A stretch of DNA of 64,000 nt from Bugula neritina. Lineage: Eukaryota; Animalia; Bryozoa. The translations under genes and the position numbers were made by a program. The notes below the pieces were generated by a model, which had not been told where the DNA came from, made no database searches, and saw only the letters and a list, made by a program, of their open reading frames with translations. The stretch is from positions 20,894,995-20,958,994 of the forward strand of contig OZ037765.1 of the NCBI GenBank assembly GCA_964035545.1, given 5' to 3'. Of this stretch, positions 1 to 14,100 are shown in pieces; the first letter of the stretch is position 1, and each line of letters opens with the position of its first letter.

Positions 1-1134
1 GGCTACGCAGCAGTCCACTTTTCAGCACAATGAACTCCTATGTGTGTCTTTCAACTGTTAGAGTTTGAAGATTGAAATTATTAAACTATGTTTATCGCTG
101 TCGATTTTAGTGCTTTATATTTTATGAAGTTGAGATAACAAATAAAACTACAACAAACAGTGGTTTTTGATAAAAATAATATTTACATTGGTTTTACTAA
201 AACATCCTGCTCATTGGTATGACAACTCCAGATTATCTGCTCATCGGTATGTCAATTGTAAACGTATTGTTCATTGTTGCCTAAACACATCTTTTTAACT
301 TACAAGGTGAAATGGTAAATTGTATTACTATATGTTGAAGAGGCACTTGTGGGTTGGTAATTCTGAATAAGAGAATTGGCCTCTTGGTTAAAACGGCTTT
401 AGCATTGCGTGGGTATGATCACTACTTGGCGTAATTTCTTTGCATATTAGAGGTATATGAAAAAAGTAGGCTACCTGCATAGCCAATAGTTGTATAAAGT
501 TGCATAGTCATTAAGTTTCTTGTTTTTTATTTAAGTTTGTCTTTTAAACTAAATTTCTAAAATTTTTACGTCTGAAGATCTTCATCAGCCAAGTTGTCTC
601 TGCTAATTAAGTATTACTTCATGGTGCACACAAACCCACCCATGCATATGCATGAAATAGAATGAGTAAAGTACAAATAAGGTATAAACATTATTATCAA
701 TGTTTTATGGAGTTATAGATAGTTTAGGTTTGCATCTTTTAAACGTACTAGTGTTTTCAAAGAATTAATTTAATCGGTATTTCGTCTACATATCACTTTG
801 AAGTCATCTATATTCATACTGTCACTATAATTGTTTAATGACAGCTAGTAAATCAGTAGCTTAAAGAACCCTTGACTACCAGGTTTTTAAAGAAAACTAC
901 TTCATTTCTGACTCTACATGTTTAGGGAAATTTTCCTCTAATGATGGGTTACATAAAAAACTGTAGCTATATTGTGAATATTTCCACAAGCTTCTTATAT
1001 GACATTATAGAAATTTTAGTTATTCCAAGTATCAGCCTGCAAAATTGTTTCTTGCTTCTCATTGTAACAAATATAACCACATGCGTAATATCATGTAATT
1101 TTTAGTTACTTGTTACTGGTTTACTGTATTTCAG

Positions 1135-1283
1135 TTGCTATATTTGAAGAGGATTCCATCATGTATTATACTGAAAATGGAACTGACTGGTCAACTTATA
1201 AAAACAATTCATCTGTACCGTCTTTACTGATAACATTGATAATTGGGTGTGGCCTTCTGAAGAAGTCAAGACAGAAGCATATA
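1135..1283 (+). pseudogene. Orphan, frameshifted copy of the post-VWD exon (exon 18) of the NIDO-AMOP-VWD mucin-like family
   Basis: After a TTTCAG acceptor it reads (F)[28 protein letters not shown]-/[21 protein letters not shown]. This matches gene A 15489-15755 and gene B 49410-49676 (reverse complement). It has a 1-nt deletion (GTACCGTC vs GTACCCGTC) and similarity stops at about 1283. Confidence 0.88.
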
Positions 1284-3459
1284 ATATAATAGAAAATACA
1301 GACAACAGCAAGACAACATCAACAATGGTAGTGACAGCGTTTTAATATAATTGTGTGGCAGATATTTGTAATTATAAAAGTTGTTTGTAAACCAAACACA
1401 TATTTGAAAGACAACTAGCTTACACCACCTGCTTTACAATTTCTATCCACTGCATGAAGTTATGTTTTATGTTATTTAGATAATCGATGCAACCAAAAGT
1501 AAAAAAAAGGCTCATTCTAATTGAAAATTGTTAAGAATTATAAAAAAAGATTGAATAGCATTTGTTTCACTTGCTGGCGATATAAAAACTTATAAAGCTA
1601 TGGATTTCGTCTCCTATACACCAGTCAACCAATCAGCTGCTTAAAAACTGTTAGCAACATTATAGAAGCAAAGTTCTGCAACTTCAATCTTATGTACAAG
1701 GAAGTTTTGCAATGCAATAATCCAGAAATGTTATAAAAATAAAAACAGTTTAATGAAAATTTCAGAAAATATGATAACGATACATCGATTCAACAGTGGT
1801 GAGAGTGAATATTCTATCTTTAATAACTGTTAATAGAATCTACTTGATAATGTGAGACCGAATCAACAGCTGAGCCAAACACTGATTAAAACTTTCCACA
1901 CCACGCAGGGAAAAATTTTATTTGTTAAGCTGTTTTACAGAAAGAAAGTTTCATTCTTCACATGACTACGGATAAGGATGGATGAGAGGAAACAAAGTTA
2001 AGCTGCAGTAAGTTCATTGTAGTCTATTTTCATAAAATTTTCAAAACATTATGCTACTGCATGGTATAATTGTTACATATCAAGTGCATTTAAATTGGTG
2101 TACACAAAGTAAAGGTATTTATACAGAGTTGTTCTTTAAGTAGAAATATTGCAGACAAAATTGATTATTATGGTTATAAAAGATTCTGCAGACTATGGAT
2201 AGAAGAGGTTAGCATGTAAAACTTATATAACTATTCATATTCATTGAAAATCATTTTAAAATTACGAAATAACTCGAAATTGATTTTGTTAGCAACATCT
2301 CTAAGCAATCACATTAATAGTCATGACAGAGATTCTTATTACTTCTGTTTGTGCTTGTATCCGTAACTTAGCAAAGACAAGAAAAAAGACAAAAAAGATA
2401 TTTAGTACTATTATACCATTTTCTGTGGTTTTACAGTCCCAGGCATATAAACTAGTAGAGTGTGGCACTCTATTGATAAAGTTATCTTTTATGGTGACTG
2501 ATCAACAGATATTATTATAAGGGAGTATTTGGAGCCTTTAGAAGCTGTTGCTATAATCTATAATGATGTGATAAATGCAGTGATCTGTTTTAAACATTGC
2601 TTCTACTTGTTTTACATTGTAAACACATTTTTAAAATATATATTATATCACCATATATAGCTTCTCTCATCTCCAAAAATCACTAGCCTTATTGTTTCAG
2701 GCTTGCTACTGTGTCTGGATGATTTAAAATGTGATTGACTTTATCTATCAGCCAACTTGGCAACAGGTTCATTAAGTTTATCAACTATCGAATCGTACCC
2801 TAGAAATATATAAGGAAAAATAGATATTATATAAACTGCATTAGACCACAGGAAGGTTTTAGATAATATAAGTTACATCAAAATCAAAATAGTTGAGCAT
2901 CATCATTATAGGTAATGCATAAATATACATAGTGACTCAAGCTGTTGCAAGTAACAATGTAGGTCAAAAAGTTAGACGAGCATTATGAGAATAGTATAGA
3001 TTTAAACAAGATGACATTAGCTATTGTAGAGTGCAGTATATATACATACACTGTAGGTAAAACGACATGATATTAATCCAACTGAGACCTACAAAATTAA
3101 TGCACAAATAAGATATCCTTTGTCATCTAAAATGTCAAAACCAGTAGTCTAGATCCAGAGTATAAAATATTAGAGTATAAAGTTGTGTGTTTGTATCATA
3201 TAGTAGCAGATGTAGTAAGCCTTTAGTTAAAAGAGGGAAGTTAAAATTGTTCCTCTGAGGCTGCTTGATTTGAACACATTGACCTGTGCTGTGCTAGGGA
3301 CATTAAATTATGTAACAGCACTGTTAGCTAAGGATAGCTTTTTATGTGATGTAGTAATAAAGCAAGAAAGCTACAACAATTTGTGGCATACCAATACACT
3401 TATTAATGCACATACTTTTAAGATAGCTGAAATTGTCAGCAAAACTATATAGCTGATCA

Positions 3460-3468
<9 letters not shown>

Positions 3469-3518
<50 letters not shown>
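3469..3518. repeat. (TA)25 microsatellite
   Basis: Direct read, preceded by an A-run. Confidence 0.97.
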
Positions 3519-3521
<3 letters not shown>

Positions 3522-3978
3522 GTTGCCTGTTTCTCTCTGCTGAGTTTACCCAGGGATCGTTACAGAAAGACTACTTCAACTGTTTTAGCTGCTAGTTTGT
3601 TCTGCTAGCTATAAAGCTGAAATTTCCTGTTTGACTTTTGATTTTTATTTTATTGACATTTTCCCATAATATAGTTATTAAATTATGCTTTGAATGATAA
3701 AGTAGTAGTAAAATTAGAAGAAAATATATGTTTTTTTTACTAGCAAAAGCATAGTCTATACAACACAATGTTAGTACCATGAACTTCTCAAAATCTGCTT
3801 TTTGGACAATGGGTAAGATTATGATATATATGTCAATAAAACCGTATATTATTTCCGGCTTCCAATTATGGATTTTTCATTGCCTAATAGAAGTAGTTAC
3901 ATTTAAGGAAACCACAACCTTCAGTAAACAAAACAAAGTGTATATATTCGGTTTGCCTTTTTGTAGATAAAGATTGTG

Positions 3979-6900
3979 ATGGCAATAATGGATACTGGAA
4001 ACCTAGCTAGACCATATTATCAATTAGTCATGCTGATAACACTTGCTGTTGAATACACAGCTTCTGAAAGCACAGGTAATATGTTATTTCTTAATTCAAC
4101 TGATAAACTCGAACGATGGTAAACTCAAACAATGGGACCGACATAAAATATTTATATTCTATAAGCTTATATAATCACATTCTGAACTTTTTTGTTCTTG
4201 AAGTTGTGTTATTTAATCTTTACATTAATTCCTAAGTATTATGGTTAAATATAACAGGTCTTTTCTACCCCTATGGCCCCGGAGAAGGTGATACCACTTC
4301 TGCATTAGGAATCGATATATGTAACCTTGCGTCACTTAATAGAACTGTTATTCTTTTTGGAGAAAATTACTCTTCAATCTATGTAAGTGCTAATTAATGA
4401 CTAAAATTTGTTTCTGCAGTGAAAATATGTTTTATTTATTTGTTTGAAATAATTGATTGATTGTACTTAAGTAATAGATATAAGCACTTAAATACAATTT
4501 TCTGTTTTTAAAGAGCATTTTCATATATTGAAAATAATGAAGATTAAACAATATCTGTGTAACCAAATAGACAATAATACTCTGTTTACTAAAAATAAAC
4601 ACGTTCATTAGCAAATAAACATCAAATAAACAGCAGCATAATAACTATAAGCTGACTTTTAATTTATGGAAGCTAATGCAATTTTATTCTTTTCAAATAC
4701 ACCATTAATTTTACCTATTCAAATATGCCAATTTGCTATATATGTTGATCTCGACTGTAACTGCTACCAGCAAGAATTAGTAATCGCAAGGAAATTGTCA
4801 CTGCATATGTTTGTATAAAATCCACCTTAATTATAGCAATTATATATAACAGCTAATTTGTTTGTATTGACAATAAAATATAGATAGAAATAGTAACATA
4901 TGAGCTCGTTGTTACATACGTTAGGATGTGAACAATAAGCTCACATCTTAACAAGTTTAATTAGAGCTTTGTAGCTAGGTTAGCTATTCTACGCTTTGCT
5001 GTATCTGGTATGGGCGGCTTATGTGCGGTTATTTCTGCTAACTTTTAAACAATTATATAAACCCACCACAATATCATTCATTTTCTCTTCAGTCTTTGGT
5101 AGTTAATGCATTCATTAAGACATAACTTACAAACAGGGAATGTTGGTATGCTATGCTGTGTTTTATATTTGCAGTATCTAACTGTATTTCTTATTTGTGA
5201 AACTTGTAGGTTTGCAGTAATGGTGTCATAGCTTTGGAACAACCTTATACAGTATATACACCCATAGCATTTCCTGCATTGCACACTCCATCGATAATAT
5301 GTCCTTTCTGGACAGATATGGGACTGGACGACTTGAATGGTGATGGAAATCTGTATTTCCGAGAGACTGCTAATAGCACGCTTCTCGGGCAGGCATCTAG
5401 GGAAGGTAACATTATTTCACTATTGTTCCTTCTAACAAGCTATAATGTTTCACCTGAATCTGCATAATGTAATTATCATTTTTAGCAGCTCAAATGAGCT
5501 TTCAAGTTCTTTTTTTAAGATATATTAAGAATACCGTTTGAGCACAGCATAGTGCAGTATGAAATTTATGATGGTAAATTACTTTCAGTCTATAGGCTAT
5601 AAACAGCTTAATTCGGTGCACATCAGCTCAGGGGCTAATTATATCGCACTAGCTACTATAGCTAATCATAGCCATTATATACCCAGTAAACTGCCATATT
5701 TTTATACTGGCAGCGCTAGTCACTATAGCAACAGCTGGTAAAATCTGTTAGTGATATTATATAAAGAAATAGTATCTTGTCATTTAGATTTTAGACCATG
5801 TCTTAATACTAAAGCTGCGTATGTGAAATCTGTTATATTCATATTAAGCTCAATGGCAGACTATATTGTATTACTGTATGTACAAAATCCAAAACCTGTA
5901 ACTGGGTAGTGCCAAAAGGTAAAAAAATCGCGTGTTGTTGCATTTCATGTGCTTATAATATAGGATCCAGCCACTATTCCCTCTCATATGACCACAAAAA
6001 GGCTCTCATAGGTCTATAATTTGCTCTCATACCCTTATTATTCATGCTCTTAGGTCTATTATCTGGTCTCACACCTTTATTATTCATTCAAGGAGTGATT
6101 TGTTAGCTTAAAAGTTGAAGATAAGCTAGAAACTAGCTGCCACAATTCTGGTATATAACTTTTTAACACCCTAGATTGATACAAAGGAAAAAGGCTAACT
6201 AAACCCAGGCACTCACTCATCATTATTTATTACTCTCGTGTCATTTGAGTTATCCAATCAGATTTGTTGTGAACCGAGTAGACTGGCATATACTATACAA
6301 AATATTGTGACTGTACACAAATACTAGTGAGTTAGAATCAGGGGCAAGAACAAGACAGTAATAGGGGTATGAGAGAGAATAATAAGCATAAGATAATGAA
6401 TAATGACTATAGAAGAGCCAATACTAGGGATATGAGAAGTATGGGATTGGATAATGAGCATAAAAGTAAGAGAAGTAACAGTATGGAAATGAGTAATAAA
6501 GGTGTGAGACCAAATAATAGACCTAAGAGCATGAATGATAAGGGTATGAGACCAAAATATAGACCAATGAGAGTGTTTTGTGAGCATATGAGAGAGAATA
6601 ATGTCTAGATACTTTATTATGAGCATACGAGATGCAATAATAAGCTAATTTTTCGCCATTTGGCACTTCATACTGTAAGTGTGTGCATGCGTGTGTGGTA
6701 TATGTTAAGTCTTTTTTTTATAAAACTACACATTTCTGTTAACAGTGCAAGAAGCAGGCATATCTTTGCAAGCATCAAAATTTAATGCCCAGTGGATGGT
6801 TGTAGCTACATGGTATGAAGTGTTGCCATATCAAATGGAATGGGCTCAGCTACTTTCCACCCTCTACAGCTCTACAACGCCATCTCTCTCAACACAAGCG

Positions 6901-8072
6901 ATGCCAACAGCTGTATGTTTCCAGAAACATCTTGTATTAGATTGAACTCTATAGTCTTTTCAAAAATATCACTAACATTCTAAAACACAAAACTATAAAC
7001 TTGCACTTTTAGTTTAAGGCTATTCTGCTTTGACTGCTATATCTCACCTAAATTAAAACATTAAGAATTAAAAAACTGATTAAAAATAATAATTAATAAT
7101 TAATTATAATATTATTGATGAGTATTTGAGATCCATTATTGTATGATTTATCAATTGACTGTTTGTTGTTTCCCTAATACTAGCCATTGATTGTAGAGGA
7201 ACACATTCCAAGCTGTACTCGCAGGCAATGATATGGAAACATATGCAATTTTTAATTATAAAAAAATTGATTGGATTTATGGTATTGGGACGCAGGTAGG
7301 CTATTGTTTTTTGGTATCATTAATCTCAAGCTAGTCTATAACAATATCTTGCAAAATTAATACACTGCTGAAACATATAAACTGCAGGTTGCAATAAGTT
7401 TCATTTGAAGCAATTCTTCCTTTCTATATTCAACTGTCATTAGTTTTCTATTACATTAAGTATTAAATTTTTTTTTCTTCAAAAGTAGTTTAGTAATGAT
7501 TGCTTTATTATTTTTGACTGTAGTGCCGTTTGAATTCATCGATCATTTACATATAATTGTTTTTTATATTTTCCCCTTTATAAAAATTGGCCAATGTTCA
7601 CTATATCACGTACACTAGACCAACAAGTGCTCTCAAAAATAGCACTTGAATGTGTAACTGCTACACTCACATATAAACAATATACATTTAGTTCTTCAAA
7701 AAAATTTTTAAGTTTTATTATTTTCTAGCTCACCTATACCCACACAAAGCTATATTCACTATTAGCCTTGGCTCCATTAATTGTTTTGTGGAAACCAACT
7801 GCTCCTACCCAGTGTACAAATCAATGTCCATGTAATGTGCAGAAACTGGCATAAATAACTACTGATAGCAGCAGTACCAAAATGTGTTGAAAGGAACAGC
7901 AGCATTCAGAGATTCGAGCTGTTGTTTTTAATACTTTGGTTTTGCCTTCCCCCCTCATCATCTTCTAAATAATTATTTTCTTTGTTATTACACTTTCTTT
8001 TGATAATTATTGTCCTTTCCTTTTTCATCTATTTTATAATCAGTGTAAATGTTCTATGATGAAATAAACACA

Positions 8073-8117
<45 letters not shown>

Positions 8118-8136
8118 ACGCACACGCACACGCGCA

Positions 8137-8188
<52 letters not shown>

Positions 8189-11100
8189 TTTTAGCCCGAT
8201 CTCTTAGCATCGGGTATTATTTTTCAGTATTTACTATGCTGCAACTAGTTTTTCAATTTAAAGCAAATTCAGGCTTGGCATGATCATTGATGGTACGGCC
8301 AATATTTAAACTAATCGCTTCTACAGTAACTGTTACATCTAATGGCTGGCCGGCCTGTCTGTAGAAGGGAGTGCTATATAAAGGCACATTTCGATAGAGG
8401 ATCGGCATATATGTGGCCATAACTAAGCTTTCTAACATCAGCAAGCCAAACATAATCTATCTCACTCTCTATGCAATTGCCTTATCATATAATGTACCAC
8501 TGCTAAGCATAACTGGCAGTGGTACATTATATCTGCCACTACCCCATATGAATACTAACCACTACTATAATAAGTTCTTTAACTTATTATATGCATGGTT
8601 TATTGAGACTGGTTGTGATTTTAGGTTGGATACAACATCAACAATGGCACTTTCTCTTACTCTCTCGCCAGTTCTTTCACATCGAGCATATTTCATTTGC
8701 CTTCATGGAGCAATGTTGGTATTCCAGGAAAGATCATTTTAAATCTAGGTAAGAAAGCTGGTAATGATAAACAATGCAATATATAACAGTTGATAGATGA
8801 TGCGTCTTTTACTCGTGCTTAAAGTATTTAATTATATCATTTGACATATAGTTATAGGCATAAAGCATTGCCTTATAAATAGATTCTTAATTGCAGTAAA
8901 GTTAAGAGATGTAGGTCATTTGGCTGTAGAAATAGCTATAAAGTAGTACCATATTAAGAATTATAATTGTGTTTTTGAGCCTATAAGTGTTTTCATAGTT
9001 ATGTAGCATAATTTGTAGTTTCCTAGAAGCCTTCGAAAAAATGTAATAAACTTTGTATTGCAGCCACTTTCAATAGTACAGATGAAACAGGATATATCTG
9101 GGAGGAACCAGCTGCCTGGTTTTCAGACAGGCTGTATCCATGGGGTCCTGATCACGGAGACATTGATCTGATGCATGAACCGGAGACATGGCAAAAATAT
9201 GATAAGTGCAAGCGATTACCCCTCAATGGAAAAGCTGGAGCTTTGTTCTTTGATAAAAGACATTATAATCTGCACGTGAGCATTACTAGCATCTAAAATA
9301 ACACCTTACTACTTTCCTATATTACTCAGACAGATAAGTATAATGTAACTATTTGTTAACTTCATACCAGAAGTTGTATATAGAGAGTGATATTTGTTTA
9401 CTTCAATTAAAATAATTATTATAGCTTTGCTGGCACCAGAATACTTAAAAATGACACTCAAAAGTCACGCAAAGGCCTAAATCAGTATATATATGTTTAT
9501 TTGAGAAGAAACTAGCTAATAATAATCATTATATTTTTCAGAGTGAAAACTATGCACACTATCAGCATTTATAACTTTGTACATCTCAGTTTTGATTCTG
9601 CCAAAATGCAGCAGTTTAAAACGTCAAATATTTTATATCTTACACAGCTAAGTTGACTGGTGCAGAAAATGTATTTAACATATTAGTTAGAAAAGTAGGT
9701 GTGGTAATGAACTTGTTTTGTCAGCCATAAATATTATGTTTGTGAACTTTTAACGCAACACTTAGTTGACTAAAATTAGCTACATCTGACTTATTAGCAA
9801 CAGTCTTTTATTCGTCACATTTAATTTAACAACCTGCAAAGAAGTTTATATTTTGTTTGCTCCCAGATTTGCACGAATGGCGTCATTGACTTTGAGTCTG
9901 CATGGCGGCAGTACTATCCATCAAATTTCGGGTCATACATTTGGCTCAACCAACAGCCTTTCTTCTCTCCATTTTGGAGCATGTCTGATGAGGTCAGCAG
10001 AAACTTACTTGCTGCTCAATGGCCTCGGGCTGCAACTAGTGTCTACTATCAAGTCTACAAACGAAATGTTGCTATGAGTGAACATACAGCTGATGTGCTG
10101 AGACGAGCTGAGGCTGATGTTTCACAATCGGGTAAGTGCATTATTGATATGGTGATAGGTTGCTGAACAGCTAAAAAGATCCTTATATAGAGAAACTTTT
10201 ACTAACTGTTTTTTTTAACTTTTGCATTCAAAATAACACTGCAGCATTATTTTAAAGATGTAAAGCATAATTGGATCTTTGGTTCTGAAATTTTTAGGAA
10301 ATGCTGCATTTTATAATTGGTAGTTTTGCGATGAATTTATAAGTACAAGCAAACAGAAATTGGAATATTATTAATTAATTCAGAATAAGTGCTTTCACAA
10401 GACTACAGGCTTCTTTAAATTTAAAAATTAAATGCTTGATTCTTCTTATAATCTGTTTTTTTAATTCTCAATACAACGAGTATTATAGATTCAACCAAGA
10501 ATAGTAAAACAGTGAAGTCAATGATGATCCTCAATTTTTAAATGTCAAGTAAAAGTATGCATTTACTGTCGTTATTGTAGCTCAAGAAAATCCCTGAGTG
10601 TTCTAAAGCCAGCTTGTAACAAGAAGTTTTTGTAAGCTCATAAAAAACTTAATATCCCTTTCATAATTTTTTTTTTAAGATATTTTTTTATTAAAGGTGT
10701 TACTATTTTATAGCTCATGCTATTCCTGATTTTACACCAACATGGGTTTTGGTGGTGACTTGGGTGAATATGGCGTCTGATGAAGGATGCAGGGAGTCAG
10801 TTCTCAGCAATGTTATTAGAGGTCATCATTATAACTGGTATCTGAATGAAACAACTTGCAGAGAAAAGGCAAAAACTGCACTGGTAAAAACTTTATAAGT
10901 AAAAAATGAAAAGTTATTTAAAAAAAACCATTAGCCCACCAAAGTTTTTTATGTAAGCAATTTTCAAATCTAACAACATAGTTTATTACACCAGTGCTTC
11001 TTTATAAAAAGTTACAGTACGACATTCTAACATACTAAAAATCTTTAGGCTAGCTATTTTATTTAAATTAGAATTTGTACTCGGTATAAACAGTTACGTT

Positions 11101-14100
11101 ATCTCACAGCTGGTAATTCACCACAAAAAAATACATAAAACTGCAGTTCTGACAAACATACAGCCACTATACATGCTTCTCGATTAGTGCAAAGGAAATC
11201 CCAGATGGTAGAAAAAAATTTTGACATAAAAGTTTAAAATTCTTCTACTGCATGTACTTCTACTAACATGAAACATATTTTTGTTTACTACTCAGACTCA
11301 GCCGTGATAGTTTACATAAGTTATTTTAGCCAATTGCTTTACTGAGGAGAATTCACACGCCATGCTTATAATTCTAATTCCCTCCCTTCGATGGCTTCAT
11401 AATGTGAAGACAACTCCAATTACATATACAAGGAGCTGGTCAAATCATTTTAATTATGTTTTATTTATAGGTGAATCATTTTCAAGCTGTCATTATCACA
11501 GATGGAGTCTACACGTTCATAAAATACAATTATCCAGAAGATGGTATCAACTGGGCATATCCTGGTAAATTGTTTTACTTTTAAAACAATTTGTTTACCT
11601 CTCTTTACCTTTCACTGGCATGTCCTGGTTGAAAGGCGGGTGTTCCTAATTCCCAATTTTATCAAGATTTTCTATCTTACTCTATCCCTTGCATCACTTT
11701 CATTTAAATTTAACCATGAGAAGTTGGCATTAATTGTGCCACTCTACCGCAGTTTCGGTCACACACACTCTTTGCTTCTCTCCACCCTCATCTCGTACAC
11801 CTTCAGGATGTCTTCATATCTCTGACGTCAACAAACATGACTATATCATTTTAGCTCTTCTATTTTCTCATGATATCTGCGATTGACATAATTGCTTCTG
11901 TTTTTATCTCTTCATGCCTTTGGTGTTTATTTAAGCTCATCCTAATGCAGCACCCTAGCAAACACATCTTGCAGCGGTCAACCTATGAGAGTTTATGTTA
12001 CAGGCCAGAACTCATTCCTGTAGATTAGGGCTGAGAGTATATCAGTCTTATAAATAAAAATTTTCAGGTGTTTTTTCTGTCACAGGGTACTCCACTTAGC
12101 TCTCGTCATTTATTCCATATCTTTGAAAATGCAGCTAAATCTCCTTACGCCAACCTAGTTAATGGTGGTACACAGGTATTCAAACTATGTGCTTCAGTGT
12201 AATATTTTCTTTTCTTATAAACCTACTTCTTCATCTATATGTTGCTATCCTCAGCTGTCACTGGCAGATACTCCATCTGTAATTTACTTAGCCTGAGCCT
12301 ACATTTTCATTCTCCATACTTCCAATCTTCTTTTCAGATGTTCACCATTACTGTCTCAGAGTACCAAGTTTTTCTCAAAAAAATATTGCCTTTGGTAAAT
12401 TTTCTCCATAATGATGATATTGCACATTTTTATTATTAAGCTGCTTTGTGCAAAAATATTTTGAAATAATTGCAGTTATAGTGTGAGCAATGTTTAGGGT
12501 TTGGAGATGAGATAACCAGCGCGTTATTAGAAGCTCAGGCAGGGGGCAGCTTATACATGAAGGGTATCGCTAGTGGCGGTCACCAGTCAATCAAAAAGAA
12601 TGGTGAAGTGGAATACAAAAACCTTCCAGGAAGCGGAACCTTGAAATTTGCTGACATTGATAGTACTCCCGGAAATATGAAAGGTAAGTGAATGCACATA
12701 ATTATTAATTTTTGATTGAAAACAGTATAGATGTGTTATATCTGCTTGTAGTTTTTTTAGATACACTTTTATGAAATTTACTTGCTTGTTTTAATTTTTC
12801 TGCTAGCTATAAGAAATACCAAAACAAATTAGATGCTGATTGACATCTCAAACAGAATACTTTTATTGTTATTACTTAGTAAAATGAAAAGTTATTTGTT
12901 GATTAGTGAACTTTTATAACTTTTAGTACAATTTGAACTCTAATCTACATATAACTTGAATAATTTTATGATGTTGAAGATGAGAGAGTCGGCGAATGGT
13001 TGTTTAGAGTTGAAGAATCTGATGGAATAGAAACTCCTGCTGTGACATGTTTAAAATGGGTTGCAACTCAAAATGAGCAGATCTATGTCTGGTTCAATCG
13101 CTGGTCTCACTGCCCCCAGACACTATCACAAGCACTTTCAGATACAAGGTAATGTATGTAGATGAAATTCTGTAAAGGCCGTAGGAGAACTTTTTAACAG
13201 CTGAAATGTGTTTACAAATAAATAAATATGTTTATTAGATTATATAAGTTGACCTATATTGCATCAGTGCTACCCTTTTTATATATAAAAACTTGAAGTG
13301 CTCTAAAAGTTTTAGCACTTAGTTTGTTAAATATCATTATTTCAATTAAATATATTACATATTTTGTCAAGTATAGAGCATTAAAGCCAAGTTGTCAGAT
13401 GCTACAGTACATTATTTTCTAGTTGTAAAATTATACAATAATAACCATTTACCTTTTTTGCTAAAAGTTACATTATTTTGATTTTTCATCATATAATGAC
13501 TTTTAGTAGATAAAGAAATTTCTTGTTTGTCTGAGAAAGTTATTTATAGAAATTTACAAGTAATAATAAAAATAGTTTCAAAAATATACTTTAAATCTCA
13601 TTATAGGATTTAGACTTAGATATATTATATTTAATGTACAATAAAATTACTCATTTAGGTGTGATATATCATTCATCAACAAACTTGTATTTTAGTATTC
13701 AACAAACTGTCTTAGACAAAAATAACTGTGTAAGACACATTTCACCTAATTGTTTCAGATTTACCTGGTATAAAGGCTTGCATAAAACCTTTCCTGGAAG
13801 CCTGTGCTTTCAAACTACATTTGCTTCTTGGTGGGATAGTGGTAGTGGTTTGCGACAACGCTGTTGTTATGATGAGAAGGCTGGAGGATTTTTGTTGCTG
13901 AGCTTTCCTCACCATGGTCATGTCACAGATTCTGTAGGTTTTTATGTTATAAAAATGTGAGCAATAACAAGACTGCAATTTTTCTTTCAAAATAGGGTCA
14001 TAAAGAAATTGGTATATATTTTGAAAACAATAGTTGAAAAGTATAGAATCACCACCTTTTTTAAATAGCTTTGTGTTAGCTCAAGTGAGTTGTAAAAATT

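Larger units (their letters stand above)
4258..8748 (+). other. Gene A NIDO domain 1 (exons 2-6)
   Basis: FYPYG..GD / [16 protein letters not shown] / ICPFWTD / LYFRE / [10 protein letters not shown] / NTFQAVL..YAIFNY..IDW / [15 protein letters not shown]; typical NIDO/nidogen-G1 motifs. Confidence 0.85.

Noticed and set aside
2740-2800. Possible minus-strand terminal exon (GYDSIVDKLNEPVAKLADR*)
   Set aside because: A single short exon-like stretch with no partner exons or homology that I can support.
6324-6626. ORFs 6324-6626 (-) and 6369-6608 (+)
   Set aside because: They arise from subrepeats within the fold-back element.
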